32,000 nt of DNA from Candidatus Electronema aureum (GTDB lineage Bacteria > Desulfobacterota > Desulfobulbia > Desulfobulbales > Desulfobulbaceae): assembly GCA_004284765.1 (NCBI GenBank), contig NQJD01000024.1, positions 1 through 32,000 on the forward strand. Direction: 5' to 3'. The position numbers and the translations under genes were made by a program. The notes under the pieces are model-generated. The model saw only the letters and a program-made list of their open reading frames with translations. It did no database searches and was not told the origin of the DNA. Numbering within the stretch: the first letter of the stretch is position 1; each line of letters opens with the position of its first letter. Shown in pieces: positions 25,840-32,000 of the stretch.

Positions 25840-25915
25840 TCTGTGATGATCAGTTTAGGATTCAATCCAGAAAATACCAGCGCAAACTTTTTTTATAGAA
25901 GCAGAGAGGATAAAC

Positions 25916-26437
25916 ATGGACATTGCGGCAACCGTGCTTGACCGTAAGGAGATTGCGGACAGAGTCGAGGCTCTTGGAGAGCAAATTACAAGGGATTATC
26001 AGGGGAAAAAATTGGTTCTGATTTGTGTGCTCAATGGCGCATTCATCTTTCTGGCAGATGTAGCTCGAGCTATCAATTTGGATATAGAAATCGATTTCAT
26101 CCGGGTGGCGAGTTACGGCAATGAGACAGAAAGCAGCGGCTCGATTATTTTGCGCAAGGAGCCGGATATTGATCTTGCTGGAAAAGATATCCTCTTAGTA
26201 GAGGATATTGTCGATAGCGGCATCACTATTGCTTGGTTACATGAATATTTCACTATCAAACATCAGGCAGCATCAGTGAAAATCTGCGCCCTGATCAACA
26301 AATACGAACGACGGATAGTGCCAGTGCAGGTTGATTACGCTGGATTTCAAATCGACAAGGGATTTATAGTCGGCTACGGCTTAGATTATGCGCAAAAATA
26401 CCGTAACCTGCCAGATATTTGTACGCTCGCAAAATAA
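25916..26437 (+). CDS. hpt: Hypoxanthine phosphoribosyltransferase
   Basis: KDILLVEDIVDSGITI (PRPP-binding loop), FIVGYGLDY, 173 aa. Confidence 0.9.
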   Translation: MDIAATVLDRKEIADRVEALGEQITRDYQGKKLVLICVLNGAFIFLADVARAINLDIEIDFIRVASYGNETESSGSIILRKEPDIDLAGKDILLVEDIVDSGITIAWLHEYFTIKHQAASVKICALINKYERRIVPVQVDYAGFQIDKGFIVGYGLDYAQKYRNLPDICTLAK

Positions 26438-26467
26438 AAATCCCCGCCACGAACGGCAGGGATTTTT
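26438..26467. terminator. Bidirectional rho-independent terminator between the convergent hpt and decarboxylase genes
   Basis: AAAAATCCCCGCC-acgaac-GGCAGGGATTTTT has one mismatch. An A-run lies on one side and a T-run on the other. Confidence 0.75.
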
Positions 26468-26504
26468 ATTCAATAAACCGCTGTAACAAGAGCGGCTGCG
26501 GAGA

Positions 26505-27695
26505 TCAGAGCAGGTCTGAGGGTTCGTTGAGCACTACAATTTTTGCCTTGGGGAAGAAGTTAAATTCAGACGCAGAGGCGGCAGTGTAGGCCCCCATCAT
26601 CCGTCCTATCACCAAATCGCCGTTCTTCAGCTTGGGTAGCATGATGTCCTCAGAAATCACATCAATGCTGTCACAAGTCGGCCCAGCCAGCACGGAAGGA
26701 TACAGCTCGCCCTCGGTGTGCAGTGCCTCAACCGGATAGACCGCATGATCGTAGATCATGCCGCTGTAGGAGCCGTAGAGTCCGTCGTCCAAATAATACC
26801 ACGTCTTGCCGTCGCGCTCGGCCTGGCCCATGACCGAGGCCACGGAAATGATCGCCGGAGCGACGATGAAGCGGCCTGGTTCAGAGATCACATCTACGCT
26901 TTCCGGGAACTCAGCCAAAGCCTGACGAATTGGCACACAGAATTCGCCGATAGACATGACTTTGTCGATATAATGCACCGGAAAACCACCGCCAATGTCC
27001 AAGGTGCTGAGTTTCGGCAGCCCCAATTCGCTTACGCGGCGGAACACATCACCACAGGTCTGAATCGCGGTGACATACTTCTGCGGGTCAGCAGTCTGCG
27101 AACCAACGTGAAAAGATAAGCCTTTGATGCGAATACCCAGCTGGTATGCCTGCTGAATCAGCTCCAATGCACCATCTGGGCTGCAACCAAATTTTTTCGA
27201 CAGATCGGAATACGCATCAGCATTGCGGAAACTCAGACGAATCAGCAGCTCGGCTTGATCGCGATATTTGCTGAATTTTTCCAGTTCATTGAAATTATCG
27301 ATGACAAAAACCGTGCAGCCGTACTCCAGCGCATGGCGAATGTCGGAATCCCGTTTGATTGGATGCGTGTGAATGGTCCTTTTGCCAGAAACGCCAGCGG
27401 CCCGTACCAAATCAACCTCGCCGTTGGTGGCAAGATCAAAATTTGCGCCTTCTTGGAGCAACGTTTTGACCACTGCCGGATGAGGCAGCGGTTTTAGAGC
27501 AAAGTGAGCGGCAGCTTCAGGCAAAGCCTGTCGGAGTGCGCGATACTGACTACGAATAACATCGCAGTCAAGCAGCATCACCGGCGTACCGTGGAGGGCT
27601 GCCGCAGATTCTATCTGTTCGCGTTCAGGTAATTTGTTGACGATTTCTGAGACGCGGACGGACGCGGCAGGCAAGTTGGGCAGAATTACAGACAT
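26505..27695 (-). CDS. Group IV (alanine-racemase-fold) PLP-dependent decarboxylase, ornithine/lysine decarboxylase-like
   Basis: HFALKPLP (PLP Lys), DIGGGFP, ISEPGRFIVAPA, AGPTCDSIDV, GAYT. 396 aa. Confidence 0.85.
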   Translation of the reverse strand: MSVILPNLPAASVRVSEIVNKLPEREQIESAAALHGTPVMLLDCDVIRSQYRALRQALPEAAAHFALKPLPHPAVVKTLLQEGANFDLATNGEVDLVRAAGVSGKRTIHTHPIKRDSDIRHALEYGCTVFVIDNFNELEKFSKYRDQAELLIRLSFRNADAYSDLSKKFGCSPDGALELIQQAYQLGIRIKGLSFHVGSQTADPQKYVTAIQTCGDVFRRVSELGLPKLSTLDIGGGFPVHYIDKVMSIGEFCVPIRQALAEFPESVDVISEPGRFIVAPAIISVASVMGQAERDGKTWYYLDDGLYGSYSGMIYDHAVYPVEALHTEGELYPSVLAGPTCDSIDVISEDIMLPKLKNGDLVIGRMMGAYTAASASEFNFFPKAKIVVLNEPSDLL

Positions 27696-27948
27696 AGGAC
27701 ACCCCCCATCAAGTTAAAGTTTACAAAGGATGACAAAAACCTCAACTCTCTTGCTCCCGACAGTTGCTCTGTCATTGCTCGCTTGGGGCGATTCTGCACG
27801 GATTGGCTATCAGCAAGAAAAGGCGAACATAATAAATGAAAATCGCCGTCTCCGCAAGACCGTAGAGCCTGTCAATCTTTTTTTTCCTAAGCGATATCGT
27901 TTTTTTGCGAGCAGCATTTTTATATTCCTTTGAATCTCCGAGGGAAAA

Positions 27949-30771
27949 TTAAGAAGACTGCAAGCTGCGAATTTTTTCAGCAAACTGCTCAACAGGAAGG
28001 GGCTTGCTGAAGTAATACCCTTGTACTTCATGGCATTTTTTTTCTCGAAGAAAGTCTAACTGCTCCAGTGTCTCCACGCCCTCGGCCACCACTTCCAAAT
28101 TCAGACTACGAGCCATTTGAATAATTGACGCAACAATTGCAGCATCATCTGAATCTTTGGTCAAGTCAGCAATAAAAGATTGGTCGATTTTGATACTGTT
28201 GACTGGAAATTTCTTCAAATAAGCCAATGAGGAGTAACCCGTGCCAAAATCGTCGATGGCGATTCGTATACCGATCTGTCGAATTTCCTGTAAGAGTTCT
28301 ACGGCCTGTTTCGGATTTTCCATCACCGTGCTTTCGGTGATTTCAAGTTCTAAAAAGGCGGCAGGTAAGCCAGTCTCTGCTAACGTGTCACGTAACAAGT
28401 CGAGGAGTTTACGGTTCTGAAACTGCCGTGACGAGAGATTGACTGCCACCCGATGCAAACCTAACCCCTGCGCTTCCCAGTCTTTCGCTTGGCGGCAGGC
28501 GGTTTTCAGGCTCCATTCACCGAGCGCGGTGATCAAGCCGGTTTCTTCGGCAAGAGGAATGAACTCTGCCGGAGAAATAATGCCTTCTTCTGGGTGTAAC
28601 CAGCGCACCAAGGCTTCTGAGCCGACCATTTTTTCATCTGGTAGCGAATATTTAGGCTGATAATAAAGGACAAACTGTTCGTCGTCCAAAGCATGGCGCA
28701 GCTGCTTTTCCAAATTAAGACGCTGCACTAACTGCTCATTCATCTGTGTGCGAAAATGCTGAAAGCTCCCTTGCTCGCGCTGCTTGGCAAAGTGCATGGC
28801 TGTATCTGCATTTTTGATCAGGGTTTCCGCCTCCAAACCGTCATCAGGATAAATGCTGATGCCGATGCTGGCGTTGATAAAAATTTCTTCACCGTCAATA
28901 TGAAAAGGCTGTTGCAGAAGATGAATCATTCGTCGGGCTAAATGACCGGCTGATTCGCAAAACTTAATTTCAGAAAGTATCACCGTGAATTCGTCGCCAC
29001 AAAGCCGAGCAACCACATCACTCTTGCGGACACCGCTTCGTATCCGCTTGGCGACTTGGGTTAGTAGCTCATCACCCGCTTTATGACCAAGCGAATCATT
29101 GACATCTTTAAACCGATCAAGATCAATGCAAAACAAAGCTAACGGAATGTCGTGGCTTTGGCTGCTGATCATGGCTTGTTCAAGATGTTCTTGAAACAAA
29201 GTACGATTCGGCAGTTTAGTCAGTGGGTCGTAAAAAAGTAAATTCTTGAGCTTGCGCTCGATGTTTTTCTTTTCAGTAATATCATTGAAGATGCCAACAT
29301 AGTTGACCGTGTTGCCGCTGCTGTCGCGGATAGCACTGATGGTCAGCCATTTTTCAAAGACCTCACCGTTCTTGCGGCGGTCCCATATCTCACCTGACCA
29401 AGAACCGGTTTCGGTCAGCTGTCGCCACATTTCTTCGTAAAAAATTTGATCATGATGGCCGGATTTGCAAATACGTGGGTTTTGACCGATAGCCTCATCG
29501 CGTTCATAGCCCATGATGAAGGTATAGGCTTCGTTGACATCAAGAATCGTCGCCTTAGCATCGGTCACCACTACAGCTTCTTCGGCATTTTCGATGATTT
29601 TTTGATCTAACCGTAGCTGCTGCTCCAGCTTTCTTCGTTCTGTAATATCGGTCTGAATGCAGCCCACACAGCCGTTGAATTCACCACTACCCGGCAAAGC
29701 AAAACAAGAGGTAAGAAAAGTGCGGGTGCCATTTTCTGAGGAGATGCTTTCTTCGTATTCTATTACCGTTTCTGACTCTGTGCTGTCATGGGATAATTTT
29801 CTGGTCAACTTGGGTAAAATATCGGCGGCAAACTTACCGATTACGTCTTTCTTCTTAATGCCAAAAAGTTCCTCGAAGCGTCTATTGACCAGAACATAAC
29901 GGCCTGAAATATCCTTGAGCGTGACAGCGGATGGCGAGTTTTCGATCAAGTCGGCTAACTGTTTGCGGCCTACAGCTAAATCGTCCCGATGACGACTGAG
30001 TTGCTGAATATTGTCTCGACAGCGGGTGAGAAACAAACACAGCAGAGCAAAAAAGGCAGCCAAACGAAGAACATGCCAGAGCCACCAGACTGCTCCGTAC
30101 TGAAGAGTAAAGGGAAAGAAACAAGCTGCTGAGGCAAAGAAGAGGCTACATCCAGCTATAAGCAATGCGTCTCGCTTCTCTGTGCCGCTGCTTTCTCTCA
30201 AGAAATGCAATCCGGCTATGAAAAAACAGAGACCACCGCTGATGCTGATGATTTTGGCGACGGCAAGCGATGCTACTGGTGGAATCAAAGCGGGAGAAAG
30301 CAGAAAACCGGTTCCAGGCAGCGAACAGAGGGTAGCAGTCAGGCAAGGCAACCATTCGATGAGCGGATGCCGAGCAATCCGTTCCGGCAAACTATGTAGG
30401 GTAAATAATAGGCCACCGACCAAGGCAGCGGTGCTGTACAACCAAACAGATGCGATAGAGGAGACTGTTCCGCCAGCGTTGAAACCATCTAAAACGCCCA
30501 TGCCTGCTAACGCGGCAGCAATCCAGACCGTGCGCGGCGCATTTCCCTCTGTATGCCGGGTGAGCATAATGAAGAGAGAGGAAAGAATGGCTGTAACCGC
30601 AGTCCAACCGAGCAGCATGGCTGCCAAAGGTTCATGGATGAATCGCCAAGAGCCGATGCAGCAGTGAAGCACAAAGGCCGCACCTGTGGGCAAGAATGCG
30701 CCCAGCAGCACCGCCACGCCTATGAGCAGCACGTTTCTTTTCGGCTTCTTGTCATCATTCTGGTTGTTCAT
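27949..30771 (-). CDS. Multi-TM sensor - PAS - PAS - GGDEF (CGDEF variant) - EAL protein
   Basis: About 260 aa of hydrophobic N-terminus and two PAS-like regions. The GGDEF domain has RKSD (RxxD I-site) 5 residues before LCGDEF. The EAL domain has SEALVRW, DDFGTGYSSL, AEGVET and QGYYFSKP. The start at 30771 has AAGGAG upstream. The longer track ORF would cross a terminator. Confidence 0.9.
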   Translation of the reverse strand: MNNQNDDKKPKRNVLLIGVAVLLGAFLPTGAAFVLHCCIGSWRFIHEPLAAMLLGWTAVTAILSSLFIMLTRHTEGNAPRTVWIAAALAGMGVLDGFNAGGTVSSIASVWLYSTAALVGGLLFTLHSLPERIARHPLIEWLPCLTATLCSLPGTGFLLSPALIPPVASLAVAKIISISGGLCFFIAGLHFLRESSGTEKRDALLIAGCSLFFASAACFFPFTLQYGAVWWLWHVLRLAAFFALLCLFLTRCRDNIQQLSRHRDDLAVGRKQLADLIENSPSAVTLKDISGRYVLVNRRFEELFGIKKKDVIGKFAADILPKLTRKLSHDSTESETVIEYEESISSENGTRTFLTSCFALPGSGEFNGCVGCIQTDITERRKLEQQLRLDQKIIENAEEAVVVTDAKATILDVNEAYTFIMGYERDEAIGQNPRICKSGHHDQIFYEEMWRQLTETGSWSGEIWDRRKNGEVFEKWLTISAIRDSSGNTVNYVGIFNDITEKKNIERKLKNLLFYDPLTKLPNRTLFQEHLEQAMISSQSHDIPLALFCIDLDRFKDVNDSLGHKAGDELLTQVAKRIRSGVRKSDVVARLCGDEFTVILSEIKFCESAGHLARRMIHLLQQPFHIDGEEIFINASIGISIYPDDGLEAETLIKNADTAMHFAKQREQGSFQHFRTQMNEQLVQRLNLEKQLRHALDDEQFVLYYQPKYSLPDEKMVGSEALVRWLHPEEGIISPAEFIPLAEETGLITALGEWSLKTACRQAKDWEAQGLGLHRVAVNLSSRQFQNRKLLDLLRDTLAETGLPAAFLELEITESTVMENPKQAVELLQEIRQIGIRIAIDDFGTGYSSLAYLKKFPVNSIKIDQSFIADLTKDSDDAAIVASIIQMARSLNLEVVAEGVETLEQLDFLREKKCHEVQGYYFSKPLPVEQFAEKIRSLQSS

Positions 30772-30874
30772 CTTGACTGCTGTCTCCTTGATCAAAATAA
30801 CAAAAACTCCCAAAGAATGAATAGCAGAATTCGCCTTCACTGTCAATTTTCGCTCCCAACGGGCATTCCGCAAT

Positions 30875-30907
30875 AAAAAAACCGGCACCCCGCGAGGGAT
30901 GCCGGTT
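30875..30907 (-). terminator. Rho-independent terminator of the globin-fusion gene
   Basis: The minus-strand RNA reads AACCGGCAUCCCUCGCGGGGUGCCGGUUUUUUUU: a GC-rich stem followed by a U8 run, 33 nt after the stop at 30940. Confidence 0.8.
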
Positions 30908-30939
30908 CCGTCACGCCGCCTGTTCAGCGGCCTGTGCGT

Positions 30940-32000
30940 TTACTGTTTGCCGAGAACGTCCTTGCGGGCGCTTTCAGCCACTCTGACCGCCACCGCAATC
31001 ATCTCCTCTTTCACGCCCAGCTCGCGCAGCGCGTCGCCGAAGTGTTTGATGATGATGTTGAAGTGGCTGTCATTGAGGCCCTTGTCCTTGACCAGACGGG
31101 CATGGGCCGCAGTCAGGTCGCGGCCTTTGTACGGCAGGCTGCCGCCAAAGGCGAAGTTCATGAACGCCTTCTGCATCCGGCGCTGGGTGTCCATGTCAAT
31201 GCCTGCGAAGAAGTAGTTGACCGCCGGATCAGCCATGACCTTGTCGTAGAAGAGATCAACCGCTTTGCTCACCGCCTCCTCGCCGCCGATCTGCTCATAG
31301 AACGCGTCTGCGGCGGTTTTCACACTGTCGCCACGCTCCTGAATCCGGTTTTGGGTCGGCGCGCCGTGGGTGCTGAAGGTCACGGTCTTGTCAATCATGT
31401 CAACGATCGGCAGAGGATCCGGAACCGCCTTGAGGCCGTAAATCTCCTCAAGATCAAAGCCCTTGGGCAGATTCTCAAAGAGCTTCTTGGCGATCTTCTG
31501 GCTGGCCACGCGGAAGCGCAGCCGGGCGTGGAAGGTGATGTTATGCTTCTTCAGGTCGCTGAGGGTGGAATAATACACATCCCTGTAGCCCTTGGGCGGG
31601 ATGACATCATGCCGCGAGAAAGAGACAATCTCCCACGGGTCATTCTTGAGGGTCATATCATGGCCCATGCCGTCGGAGTTGAACATGTAGGTGTTCTCGT
31701 CCAGCTCGCCGTCCTTTTTGAGGAGGCCGCTCTTCAGCACTTCCTTGCCGGTCTCGTCCTTGGCCACCACTTCCAGCCACATCTGGCGGATGTTGGTCAG
31801 CGAGGTGGGCAGGGCGTGACCGCAACGCTCGTTCTTCACCCGCACTTTGATCTTGCTCAGGTAGCCGTCCTCGCTGTAGATCGGCGTGATCTCCATCTCT
31901 GCGGCCAGCTGGAGCCGGGCCACAGCCATGTCGTACTTCAGCTGGGCGTTGTCGGCCAGCTTCTTGTCGCCCAGCTTCTCAGCCCGCAGCTTCTCCAGCA
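30940..32000 (-). CDS. Partial CDS (N-terminus beyond the right edge): unidentified N-terminal module fused to a C-terminal group I truncated haemoglobin (trHbN)
   Basis: The frame is open from 32000 (...LEKLRAEKLGDKKLADNAQLKYDMAVARLQ...). The last ~125 aa read FYEQIGGEEAVSKAVDLFYDKVMADPAVNYFF...QKAF...GG..PY.GRDL.AAHARL...HF, with TyrB10 (LFYDKV) and the proximal His (AAHARL), as in trHbN. The upstream part contains VKNERCGHALPTS. Confidence 0.8.
   Translation of the reverse strand, partial: LEKLRAEKLGDKKLADNAQLKYDMAVARLQLAAEMEITPIYSEDGYLSKIKVRVKNERCGHALPTSLTNIRQMWLEVVAKDETGKEVLKSGLLKKDGELDENTYMFNSDGMGHDMTLKNDPWEIVSFSRHDVIPPKGYRDVYYSTLSDLKKHNITFHARLRFRVASQKIAKKLFENLPKGFDLEEIYGLKAVPDPLPIVDMIDKTVTFSTHGAPTQNRIQERGDSVKTAADAFYEQIGGEEAVSKAVDLFYDKVMADPAVNYFFAGIDMDTQRRMQKAFMNFAFGGSLPYKGRDLTAAHARLVKDKGLNDSHFNIIIKHFGDALRELGVKEEMIAVAVRVAESARKDVLGKQ

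Noticed and set aside
27730-27933. 67-aa plus-strand ORF with a signal-peptide-like N-terminus (MTKTSTLLLPTVALSLLAWG) in the gap between the decarboxylase and the GGDEF-EAL gene.
   Set aside because: It is oriented against both neighbours, has no properly spaced SD, and its C-terminal half is low-complexity Phe/Ile/Arg-rich sequence. The region is better explained as the decarboxylase promoter and leader.

Overview
This is a GC-rich bacterial chromosomal segment, roughly 55-60% G+C by eye, with several clearly AT-richer patches. It is densely coded and mostly on the minus strand.

The housekeeping backbone is ppnP, lspA, ileS, a TerB/J-domain (DjlA-like) protein, ftsY, lon, tRNA-Arg(UCG), aroK, aroC, a GT5 glycogen-synthase-like gene, hpt and an ODC-like PLP decarboxylase.

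The left ~8.6 kb looks accessory. It holds:
- an AT-rich OLD-like P-loop ATPase cut by the window edge (absent from the ORF track, found by manual translation)
- a HEPN/MNT pair
- a Pat-type (ADP-forming acyl-CoA synthetase + GNAT) acetyltransferase
- a DUF4160/DUF2442 pair
- an HU-like/DUF4469-like protein
- HigBA
- a TPR protein

The right part has two TPR/OMP/hypothetical genes, a multi-TM PAS-PAS-GGDEF-EAL protein, and a partial gene whose C-terminus is a group I truncated haemoglobin fused to a larger N-terminal module.

I recognised no rRNA, CRISPR, transposase or integrase.

The best candidates for something new:
1. The five-gene, translationally coupled minus-strand array DUF4160-DUF2442-pat-HEPN-MNT.
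2. An AT-rich orphan with a PD-(D/E)xK/NERD-like motif wedged between aroK and aroC.
3. The truncated OLD-like ATPase island at the left edge.
4. The globin fusion at the right edge.
5. A family of GTAnGGGC...GCCCnTAC hairpins sitting just 3' of stop codons.

The gene content would fit a Desulfobulbales-like deltaproteobacterium, but taxonomy cannot be established from this window. All family assignments rest on motifs read in the translations and on recall of those families. No searches were run.
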